From assembly GCA_030704615.1 (NCBI GenBank), contig CM060731.1:66774001-66838000 (forward strand): DNA of 64,000 nt, in the 5' to 3' direction. This document shows positions 53,336 through 64,000 of the stretch, piece by piece. The notes below the pieces were generated by a model. The model ran no database searches. It was not told where the DNA came from and was given only the letters and a program-made list of their open reading frames with translations. How positions within the stretch are numbered: position 1 is the stretch's first letter; each line of letters starts with the position of its first letter. Both the position numbers and the translations under genes were made by a program. This DNA comes from Takakia lepidozioides (Eukaryota; Plantae; Bryophyta).

Positions 53336-53454
53336 TAAGAGCCAACTTCCATGTATCAGCAGTTGGCCAAGTTGGCACTACAGGACAAAAATGACGACTT
53401 GCTTCCATACGTTAATTTTAGACAGTGCCCAGATATCAGTGCCCAGATATCAGT

Positions 53455-56400
53455 GACCCGCAATACCTGGGAATTTGGCGCCAGAGTTCATGGCCGATAT
53501 GGGTAATCGTTTTTCACCTGTTGTACTGGATTACATGTCTCTTCTACCTGTTGTGAAGGTCACGTTTGCTCATAGTTCTTGTTGCACATTGCTCATTATT
53601 GCTCATCTCTCTTGATTGGGATATCGCGCCCGTGGGACCCACCCTTTGCCAAGTGACCGGCTCAGTTGGTCCGGGCCTTGGACAATGATGCAGACCTATT
53701 GCCCGATTATTTTTGAACCCTATGCACATAAAAGCAACCATCCATGCCACCCGTCAGCCATGCTCCACCGACATCGGCAAATTTTGGATAACTTGGCCGA
53801 TTTGGCCGAGACATGGAAGTTGGCCCTAAACGCAGGTTCAAGTTCTTGGATCCTCCCAAAACCCTTGGTGGGCCCATGGCATAAGATGGCCTAACCCCTG
53901 AAATGTGTGGCGATCTCGTGGGCCCCTTGGCAAAACTTCTTTAACTTTCTCAAGCTCCATGAGATCTTGGATTCAACCCTTCAGCTCCCGGTGAGAGTCC
54001 TGGATTCACTAATCAAATTGCTAGTATATGCCGAACATAAAACTAGCTCAATTATATTAATAACTTCAAGCCACAAAAAATTATCTATTTTCTCTTACAG
54101 GTTTTTTATTTTATTTTGTTTCAATGAAAAACAGGTTAGTTTGTTAATTGTCTGGAAATCGTTGGTAAAGCACGTAGGAAATTAGACAGTGTCTGCGACG
54201 ACCATGGAGTGGAACTCTAGCGTCAAGATGACCGTAGGAAGCTGCATCGACATCAGATTAGGCTGTCAATTCGGTACCAGAAACGGTGAGTTAATCATGT
54301 TCAAACAATACAGAACGACTGTTCCAGTCGCAAATTGCAATCTCTCTTTTCTCACGCCTTTCAAATCCAGTAGGAACACACGGCGAGGAGCTTGGCAATT
54401 GGTGGAAGCGACATGTCGCAACAAAGCAATTGGCCGCATCGAAATGACAGCAGGTCAAAACGACTTCAAACGGCGAAGCGTGGACTTGTTAGCGGTGCAG
54501 GACAACTGGAGGGGACTCCGGACAACCTATGACTCAGTGGCAGGGTCAAAGACCCCAGAGCCATCACCAGGGATTTGATTTCCAAGAATACCACAAAATA
54601 TGTGTGTAGCGAAAATACGACAATTGGCGAGAAGTGCAACTTTTTACCACCGATGGAGCTGAGAATTTACAGGCTGATACGGGGTATATAATTGTAGTTT
54701 GTCACCAAGTTTGGTGATTTATGGAGCTGATTAGCAGCGGGGCCAAATTATTGAGTCGACGGCACTCACAAGGCCTATTATTTGCATTTCTACTTCTTGG
54801 ATGGATGAAAAAGCCTGGAATTCGCCTTGAGGAGCTGGATGGATGAAATGACAACTTGCGCCAACTGGTCATCCAATTGGATGGATGAAAAGCCAGCTTT
54901 CATTTGCCTCTAAGACTTTTCATCCATGTGGAATAGTATATTATAGATCCTCCAAGGAAACAATATTTTAATAAATATTTTCCAATAAACTATTAGGCAC
55001 AACAACAGTATAAAAGAGGAGGCAAAGCTTCTCTTATTCTTCATCTAGCTCATTTGCTTAGTTTCCTCTTGCTTGTTGTTGTAGTGCTTGCTAGTTTTTG
55101 GCTTGAGGAGGGGCTAGATCCTAGGGAGTGGAGCTTGAAGCTCCCTAGTTAGATAGGATTCTTGTAAGCTAAGGCAAGTGGCCTAGCTTGTGGGCCTTTG
55201 AGCCATTTCAATTGTGGGCCTTGAGCCATTTTCATTTGTGAAAGAAGAGGGTAATTTCATGTGGAGGCTGCATAGAGTACCATTACTCTCGCATAGAAAG
55301 GTTGATCCCATCTTACCATTTCACCATTTGTGTATGTGATTCATTTGTTTTCCAAGCAAAGCTTGAAATTGAAAATCTGATTTAGACTCTTCAAAAGAGG
55401 AGAGTGCATTGTGGAATCCCATTATTTCATGTCTAGAAGTGACAAGGGGAAGACCCACATAGTCTATTGGGAAGGGCACCAATAGAGGCTTGTATTTGAA
55501 TTGTTGGAAGAAAGAATCTTTGTGTTTGATTACTAATTTGAAATATAGCCAGCTTTGGCAAAGGTAGGCCAGTAGGCTGGATCTATGATATAAGGCCATT
55601 ATAAGGCCACTATGTGTTAACCCCCCCCACTAGCAGCTGCCCCAAAGTCGCGAATAGCCCGGGAGGAGCCCGGGTGTTGCACCTAGAGAGTATGGACTCG
55701 ATTACTAAAAGCGTGGAGGCAGTCGTGGCCCAGCCACGATGTACAGGAGCATGGCCCCAGTGCTGACCTTAAGTCGTACTGAGATCAAGTACATCAGCCG
55801 CGTGGCTCAGGCGTGAGGCCCTGAAGCGTGCGAGCAGGGTGCGGGTCTTTACCCGCTGGATAACCAAAAGTTGAGATGGACCGGCGAACGCTGGCGTTAA
55901 CCGCAGCAATGCGTCTGCAAATTCCCTTAAAGGGGGGTATTCTTACCTTTAGCTATTAGATTCAATTTATACCCCTCTAAGGGTTATGAGCCATTATCTA
56001 AGGCGCCAGTGTATAGATAAAATCTAGGATTTTGGGAGGACGTAGCCTTGGAGATGAGCGTTCTTAGGACTCCAAGAGAGAGCCAAGCGGGATCTGGGAG
56101 CAGTGAGCTAGAGGCGGAGACCTCGAGAGACAAGGGATGAGAGAAAGTACTTTGTCCTAAAAACTCGGCTACAGTGAGCGTTTGTGTCAGAGCCCAAGAC
56201 AGAGGATGACTTTTTCCACGGAAGGAAATCGCACCAACGCCTTAAAATAATGTAACGGGGTGAAATCTGGCTTGGACCCACCAGTGGTTATTTTATTATT
56301 TACACATGCATGTTCTGGACTAACGAATGTAGTGGCAAGGATGAGCTCTCAGCGAGATTCATTCATCCGATAGAGCCGCGGTAGTTCCCCGCGGCAGGGA

Positions 56401-57166
56401 ACGGTTCCCGGATGTTCCTCGGTTCTCATTGGGTTCCCAAGGGCATCTTTAGGCGCCAAGGGTATCTTTGGATTCCCCATATAATTCCCCATAGGGAAGG
56501 TATTTTTTCTGATTTTCTTAATTTCTTTTATTTTCCAACATTTTTTGATTAGCGAAATTGCTTAAATAGGATAGATGCACGTGGTGCTCGTTATAGCCTA
56601 CAGGACGTTGATTAAACTGATTGAACTTGTTGAGTTGAGGGGCTTAGAATCACCTTATTGAACTTGGTGAACCTATTGGATGACGATAGGCATTTTGGCC
56701 ACTCCTTTGCTAAAACAAAATATTTAGGCACTGGGGTAGGAAGCGTTGGCCCTTCCATTTAGAGATGACTTGAACTCAAGCCCTCGGCGAAGGAGGGGCA
56801 TTGGGAGAGGAAGATTTTCCCTCTTCTCCCTAGGCTCGGCAGGTGCCTTGTGAAGGGATCAAAACATGTCCCGGCTATAGGCGGCTCGGGGGCCTAGGCG
56901 GTAGGAATTAGACAATAAAACACAAAGACTTGGAAGGCAGTTACTGAGTAGATGGTAGGATACCGTAGGACTTAGAAACGCAAACTCGCCCTGTGAAGAG
57001 GAGTACGTGATTTCTCTTTGCCGGTAGGACTTAGATAGTGATCATAGCCACCATGTACGACCACGGACCCCCTGCACTAACCACAGTCGGGTAGGCGGTT
57101 CAGTGAGCCCAACCTACACCGCAACTTACCTCGGCCCCTCTAGACTACTATGTCGTCACCCTGACA
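53455..57166. mobile_element. Non-coding LTR-retrotransposon-like sequence, possibly nested LTR fragments (candidate LTR 56251-57166)
   Basis: No convincing ORF. Termini tgtaacgggg...caccctgaca fit TG...CA, and there is a TATA-like motif at ~55008. No TSD or PBS was identified. Confidence 0.35.
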
Positions 57167-57199
57167 GCGCACGCTCAGGGTTCGTCAAGGTTCATGAAC

Positions 57200-60100
57200 T
57201 TTAAACAACATGCTTGTTAGGTCGATATCATTTCGGACCTTATTCAATTCTGTCGCAGGAACTTGTGCAAGACGTGGACGATGACAATCTTAAGAAGTAC
57301 TACACTGACTGGCCCTCAAAGATTATATGGTCAAAGAGTCTGATGAGGCTCGTGAAGCTATCTATGCTCCTAAACGACCCGAATAAGACGCAGAAAGTTG
57401 ACACAACATCTCGAAATTTCTTCGAGCTGAGGGGAGGTCGAAAAACAACGATCACACAACGAAGTCGGAGACTAGACAATGGAAGGTAAATGATTCATTG
57501 TGTCTTTTGTTCCTTTTGCTAGAGAATCAAAATATTTGTCCAAAATATTGGACAAATTTGACTTGGATGAGCACCGCATTCTAAAGCAGGAGACACTACA
57601 AAAAAAAGCTTCAAATTACGAAGGCACAACAAGATGGACGGAGATGAATTGGCAATCGAATCATCATTTGGAGTATAGTATAATTGACATGACAATTGTG
57701 ACTTTTGTTTCATCTCAAAAATCAAATATGAAATATCGAATGAAATGTCTAATTTTGGCCCTGATCATTTTTGCAGGAATTCATGCAAGCATGACAACTC
57801 ATACTGGAGATGAGTAGCGTGAAGGAGGCTATGGTTCTGGTTCTCTGTGACGAAGACGTATGGAACCTGTGGGAGGAAGTGTTCAAACAGTGGGAACAAG
57901 GAAAGCTTATTGATATTTTCGGGATTCAGTGCAAGGGTGAACAGCTACCGCTGAATAAAACCGCTATTGCGAAACTGCAAGGACTTAATAGCAGGCAGTT
58001 GAAAAGAATGGCGGAGAAAATCCTCAACAGGGACATTTGCATTTGGGGAACAAAATTCAAGGGCGCGGACAAATCCAAAAATACAATGAGCGCGTATATT
58101 GACCAAATGAAATTGCGACGGTTTATTATCGACGATGTAATGGAAGTCTGCTGCCTTCAAAAAGTATGTCTTGTCGTGCAAGCAGACCTTTGAGGATAAC
58201 CAGAATGCCCTGGCGATTCTACGTACGAGCTTCAAGTCCCATTACACACAGCTGGGGGGAACCAAAAATTTGTTGATGCAAGATCACGGTTGGGACTTGC
58301 ACCGAAGAAACGGTTCGACGACATATCGATGGTGTTCGTCAATACAGTTTGTGATGATCTGTTGTCTTCGAGGCAAAAGACTACTCCAATATCCTGGAAG
58401 CTTTTGTGGCTCGGAAGCTCATGTCCAGTGCTTTTGTGTTTTTCTTGACACAAGAATCATCGGAAAATCTTTGTGTCATACATCCGGAATGGCCCTGGAT
58501 CAAAGTCGTTTATTATCCGACAGGGTTATTACATTCCCGGCGAGTTTGAATCACCTTACAAGAGCTGCACGACTATATTCTCCCGGACGGTCCTCTGCCT
58601 CGACTACGTATTTCCGGCAACAGTTGAGGAGATGATGAATCCGGACGATCACATTCAAACTGTTTTGTTAACGTCGGACACAATTAATCCCGTTATCCAA
58701 GGACCAGATGTAGATCCAACCTCGCAAGAGAAGGAGTGCAGGACTTACACTCATGAGCTGAGGGCGGACACCTACGATTACCTGGTTTTTTTTTTTTTGC
58801 AGGGACGGGATGTCTTGTGTGAACGTTTTCGGAGGAGTGGCAATGACATACGTTCTGCTTGTAAGTGGATTCTGCTTTGTTTTGGAATTGTCTGTGTTTG
58901 CAGTTTGTCGGATTTAACTCTCCTATTTTTTCTACGTTGTCGGAATAGGGTGTTTAACCAGTGTCTGTTTTTTTCTATTGTTAACCTCCACTGGACAGTG
59001 AAGGTTCATGTTATTGGAGTTTTGGGTGTTTTGGGTGTTTGTTACTCAGGAGTTTGGTGTGTTTGCTAGTTGTCTCAAAAGAAAGCCTAACCCTTTCAAT
59101 CTTTCGATGATTACAGTTCGTCGGATTTATTTTGATTTCATTGTTTGGTTTCATTGCAGGAAAGAAATATTCGTGTGCTTGACATAAACTATGTAACGAA
59201 AAAGAAATTTTGTAGAAGCAAGGCGGAGGCTTATTTCAAGACGCTCCAGATTGATAATCAAACTATCGCAGGAGACGGAGATGACGGAGACTCACTGCAG
59301 GATGACGAAGTGGACGAAAAAAAGGATGACGAAGGACACGACAAGGAGCAGGACGAGGAAATGGAGGAGAAACAAGAACAGGACGACGAGGAGGAGAAAG
59401 ACGAAGATGAGAACATGGAAATCGTCACTGAAGACCAGGGGCAGCTGCGACTGATGTGGGAAAAAGAAAGAGAGGGCCAGGAAATTTTCGGGTTGGATAA
59501 ACTAGGTAGTACTCCAAATACCCAAGAGCGCGTTGCGTCACAAAGTGTACACAATCTGGACAGCTCTTCCTCCAGTTCCGATAACACCACGAATCAAAAT
59601 CCGGCTTCTCCAGGGTGCCAAGAAGCGACATCGACGGAGTTAGTTGAAACCTTCGGTCAAGGGTTCACACCTGTGGAAGGTGACGAGCCATTGATTATGT
59701 CACCAGATCCCGTTAACAATCCTCGAGAGGTGGTGTCCCAGAATGTCATCCAGGAAGTGGTTCTGGATGTAAGTAACGAATGACAATTAGTGAATTTTTA
59801 TTCGTACACACTTCTGAATACAATATTACAATATTGTAATTATACATACTTGTGAGTGGAATAATCCGAATGTTTTTTCCATTTCCTTTGTTCTGGACTT
59901 TCGAATAAAATATATTTCCACCCGGATACATATATCCATTCGCACATCTTTGTGGACAACCACTAACTGTTTCGATACTTTTCTTGTAGATCCGAGAATC
60001 CCATTCGGAGGAAAAGACACACACACGAAAAGGCTCAAAGGAGACTCAAACGGTGAAGAGACACGTGGATCTGACAGTAAGGGCCAGGTCACCTGAGCCG

Positions 60101-60620
60101 GTTCCGCAAGTAACCTCCACTGTCCAGTCGACGTTGCCATCTACAGGGATTGAGTAGGAGAATCCTCCTACTCGCGGGGAAGTAGAAGAGACGGAGCATC
60201 ACAAACGCGTAATCCAACAACAGATCCCGATTCGGGTACAACATTGGCTTTATTCTTATTACTTTTATTATTGGTCTTTGAGACTCATCTTCGGTATTGC
60301 TCAATTCGATAATTCTGTCGGATCATTTTGACCACCATACTCCTCATCCGTGAAATTCCTTAATTTTCTGTAGATTCGTGAGACGACGTCTGAGGAGATC
60401 AAACACACACGGACCGACTCCAACGAGACTGAGACGGTGAAGAGAAGAGTGGATTGGACAGTCACTGTCGCACTATCTGATCCGGTTCTGCAAGTAACCT
60501 CCACTGGACAGTCGAGGTTGCTATCTGGTGCCACAGAGATGGAGGATATCGTTTCCTGTAGAGATGGGAAAGATGAGGAGCAGCCTGCCCAAGGATCTCA
60601 ACAGCCCCCCCTCCCAAAAA
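57200..60620 (+). pseudogene. Decayed intron-containing gene of unknown family, probably transposon cargo; possible degenerate N4/N6 methylase-like segment followed by an acidic tract and duplicated exon modules
   Basis: Co-directional ORF pieces joined by frameshifts and GT-AG introns (e.g. 58861-59159). D/E-rich stretch at 59270-59420. Segment ~60050-60140 is duplicated at ~60435-60525. Confidence 0.5.
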
Positions 60621-60709
60621 CGATAATGCTTTCAACTCCATTTTTCCGTTTCTCTACTTTGGGATTACTGAAATTGAAATTAATAATGAACTCTTCTGTT
60701 ATTCCACAG

Positions 60710-61515
60710 GACAATATGCATTACCCTCCAGTCGACTATTCCATTTCTGTCAATCCAAACGATCTGTATTCCCTTCCTTGGGGACCGAACGGATGCCGGC
60801 CAGGATACTACGTCCTAGTTCTGGACATCGGTTACCTTTGTGAGGTTTACCTAAAGGATGGAAAGAAACCCCTCCTGCCACCCAGCCTTGTATCTCCGCA
60901 GGGAAATTCAAGTTAGCTACACGAAACGGTCTTTACGAATTCGTTAAGTGGGCCGTCAAAAAGTTTGTCGTTTGTTTTTGGAACACGGGACCTGAAATGA
61001 ATATCGAGACTATCGCCAAGGCCGTGTTTGGGAAGTACTATTCCCATATCAGAACTTACAGCAGTGAAAATTCCGTCATGCATAGATCGACATTCAACGA
61101 AAAATGGCCTAAAGCTCCCAAAAATCTCATCTACTTTAAACGTCTTTACGACATTTTCGCTGAGGAAGACCCGACAGCTTACGAATCCAATACTCTCCTC
61201 ATCGACACTGTAGACAATATGTACAAGTCCTACTTGAACCCGTTAGGACATACCATCTTCCTTCCAAAATATAAGGCGCTCGTGGATCCTGACAGAGATA
61301 AGTTTCTACTGGAAGAGCTCAAGCCTTACCTTAACATGTTCCGGTTATCTGGGATGGATGTCATGCCATTCAACGAGCTACATCCGTTCGACGTTACGAA
61401 GGATTTCTTTGAGGACGACCCAGCGGTCAAATTTCTTAGAGACTTTGATTATAGGTGGCAGAAGTTCCTTAGCAATCACGAGTTGCGTGCCGCTGCATTG
61501 GGACATAAAATATAA
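60710..61515 (+). pseudogene. FCP1/NIF-like HAD phosphatase domain, copy 1 (one frameshift near 60900)
   Basis: VLVLDIGYL...RNGLYEFVKWAVKKFVVCFWN...IYFKRLYDIF...YESNTLLIDTVDNMYKSYLNP. Confidence 0.75.
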
Positions 61516-61669
61516 TTGAGTTTGGTGAACCTCGGTTGTCCAGTGAACGTTCTTGTTCACTTGCCTGGTGTCGGTTTTTCCAATGCATTGTACTGTTTCT
61601 TTTTTATCATCATAAGTATGAATGACTCTTTGGCAGATTGGAGCACATGTTTCTCCTCCTGCGTAAGGG

Positions 61670-62367
61670 TTGCATTTGATTATTTTTGACGTGAATGGAG
61701 TCTTGTGCAAAATATTGAAGCACCGGAAGAACTACAATGTCCCCCGGTTTTCAGAATCGGACTACAGAATTCCAGCTCTTGTCGGATTCCGACTTGTCTT
61801 TATATGGGAGAAATATCGCGAAGTGTGGATAGAGGTGCACAAACACTTCCGGTTAGGGATTTGAGGCTCTATGATGTACAAGAACTTGCAGCCCATCCTG
61901 GATTTTTTGCTTCGTGGTCTCCCTCAACCGGCCTTCGTTCTGTCTCAAGAGGATTGTATTTCATGTCCTACTTCGGTTCACCCTCAATTCAAATCAGGAT
62001 TGGACCCTCCTCATTTGTTTTTGAAGCCATGGTCAACGTCTGGCAGAGATTTGGTGGACAATACACCAAGAGTAACACTCTGCTCATTGACGATATCGCC
62101 ATGAAATGTGTATTGAACCCGCCCGACTCATGTCTTGTTCTCAAAACTTTCCAGACTGTGGAGACTAATGGTTGTTATCTTCTCAAGGTTCTTCAGACCT
62201 ATTTGCTTGGAATGAGAAAACATCCCACTGTTTCAAGCTATCTTAGGAAAAAAAAGATAGGGTTGAGTCTTTTCCCCAATGTTTCAAACGATCCTAAGTT
62301 TATGCCACTTTGGGATTTTATTGAGGACAACGGTTTTAAGAGTCTCAGATATGATGCCTCAAAATAA
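61670..62367 (+). pseudogene. FCP1/NIF-like HAD phosphatase domain, copy 2 (stop at 61862, frameshift near 62030)
   Basis: LIIFDVNGVL...HFRLGI*GSMMYKNL...FVLSQEDC...FLKP...QYTKSNTLLIDDIAMKCVLNPP. Confidence 0.8.
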
Positions 62368-62555
62368 ATTATTTTTGATCAATTCCATCTCACTCGAGCT
62401 ATTGAATATCTTCATGGTTTCTGATTTTCATTGTCTTGTAATCACACACGTGTTAGATATGGTATTCTCATTTTCACTCATTTTCAGTTGAATTCTGGAC
62501 GCACATTCCGAGCAATCCCAAGACTCTGATACAGGCCTTCATATGGGGACATGAC

Positions 62556-64000
62556 TGTCACGGACACAGCCCAGAGGAATTTACCGGGAGTAGATACCAG
62601 AAGTTATTAAGTTATCATGTTATCAAAAGTTACCGTAATCTACCATGAACTACCATATTTATTATAAATTATCATTAGTTACCAAATTACCGGGAGTTTA
62701 CCAAATTACAGAGAGTTCCTTGGGAAACTGCTCATGAAGCTTCATTTTGAGGAAACTTCTCCATCAAGATACCTCCTTTGTTTAAGGAAAATTCTCCATC
62801 AAGAAACCTTTGTTTAACCTTCGAAACTTCTCCATCAATAAACCTCTTTTGGGGAAGCCTCTTAGGGAACCTCCTAGTAGCCAATATATATAGGAGGCGA
62901 GACTGGACACTCTTCAGTCTCGCCAACACGAGTTCAAGCTACTCTTGTTCCCAGTCCCAGTACTCCAGTCCAGCTTCCAGTACTCTAGTCCAGTTTCCAA
63001 TATCTGGTACCCCAGTCCAGTTTCCAACATTGCAATATTCGAGTCGAGTTCCAGTATCTTGTACTCTTGTACATTGCAGAGTCTTCAGCTCCAGATGCAA
63101 GAACTTCGTACCTCTACCGCCCAATTACAAGCTGATCAGTCTCAAGATCTTGGCAACGTTCTCCACAATTTGCAACAACAAATTTTAGAGTTAAAGGAGT
63201 CGAAGAATGGATCTTCAACCATACGAGTCTCTACTACAACAGCTCATACTGCAACGGTTCCTCTTTAACAGATTGCGAGAGAACCAAAGATCAGCATGCC
63301 CGAGAAATTTAATGGGACAAGATCAAGATTTCGCGGTTTTGTTCAACAAATACGACTGTTCCTACGACTACATCCACAACGCTACCCCGATGAAGGTATT
63401 CAAGAAGGATTCGTGGGCACCCTTCTATCAGGCACTACCCTATCTTGGTTTGCACCGATGTTAGAAAAAAAATTCGCATTTACTATACAATTTTGAAGCA
63501 TTCATGCCCGAGTTTACTGCAACGTTTAGAGAAAATGATAGAGAGAGAGTTGCCGAGACAAAGATGCGAAATCTTTGACAAAGAGCATGTCCTGCTTCCG
63601 TTTATGCTGCCGAATTTCAACAACTTGCGTGCGACCTCGACTGGAATGAGAATAACATCAGTAGTCAGTTTCGATGTGGTTTAAATGAGGATGTAAAAGA
63701 TTTGTTGCTGACAATGCCAAACGTGAGTACACTGAGCGAATTCATCACCCAAGTCATTGCATGCGATAATCGTTTGTTTGAAAGACGTCAAGAGAAGCGA
63801 TCTGGATGGTCGACGACGCATCATGCCGCTGCTACTACGGCACCAAACACAATGATCCATCAGACATCCGGTAGTGATCATATATAAATTGATGTTGTCC
63901 GATTCAAGCCATTGACGCCACAAGAAAAACAAAGACGACGCTCGAATGGATTATGCCTCTATAGCGGAGAAGAAGATCACATAGCATTAAACTGCCCCAA
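62556..64000 (+). mobile_element. Ty3/gypsy retrotransposon (chromovirus Tcn1/Tf1-like): 5' LTR from 62556 to ~63034 and a degenerate gag; runs off the window
   Basis: The LTR starts tgtcacgg and has a TATA at ~62885. Gag motifs EPKISMPEKFNGTRSRFRGFVQQIRL...GTLLSGTTLSWF, YAAEFQQLACDLDWNE and GLCLYSGEEDHIALNCP, with stops and frameshifts. Confidence 0.88.

Noticed and set aside
52848-53456. 202-aa ORF
   Set aside because: It runs across a GC-rich Tourist MITE and other repeats with no recognisable motif, so it is likely a chance ORF.

Overview
Nuclear DNA from a land plant, probably a non-seed plant (inferred from the gene set, a LOV/LOV protein with Cys in both LOV domains, and a Tcn1-like gypsy gag). 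Four intact spliced genes were reconstructed by hand from GT-AG junctions: a LOV/LOV photoreceptor-like protein (+, 154-7531), PIFI (-, core 14081-16505), an OTU2/YOD1-type deubiquitinase (-, 26124-29907) and mitochondrial pyruvate dehydrogenase E1-beta (-, 39340-48533). An uncharacterised gene with two UBZ-like zinc fingers lies at about 10.1-12.9 kb (-). Between 31.3 and 38.7 kb, one ~5.5 kb inversion (31727-~37213) has broken both a duplicated OTU2 copy and a nuclear group II intron maturase gene that has a presequence-like N-terminus; re-inverting it restores the maturase junction in frame. Introns hold about 12 mostly co-oriented copies of one LINE family, nearly all abutting (GA)n/(TC)n tracts. 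Intergenic DNA holds MITEs, a tRNA-derived SINE, copia, gypsy and SWIM relics, and palindromic tandem arrays. At 57.2-62.4 kb is a decayed, probably transposon-borne cassette with a possible degenerate N4/N6 DNA-methylase-like segment and two tandem FCP1/NIF phosphatase-like domains. Family assignments come from motif recognition only; no searches were run.
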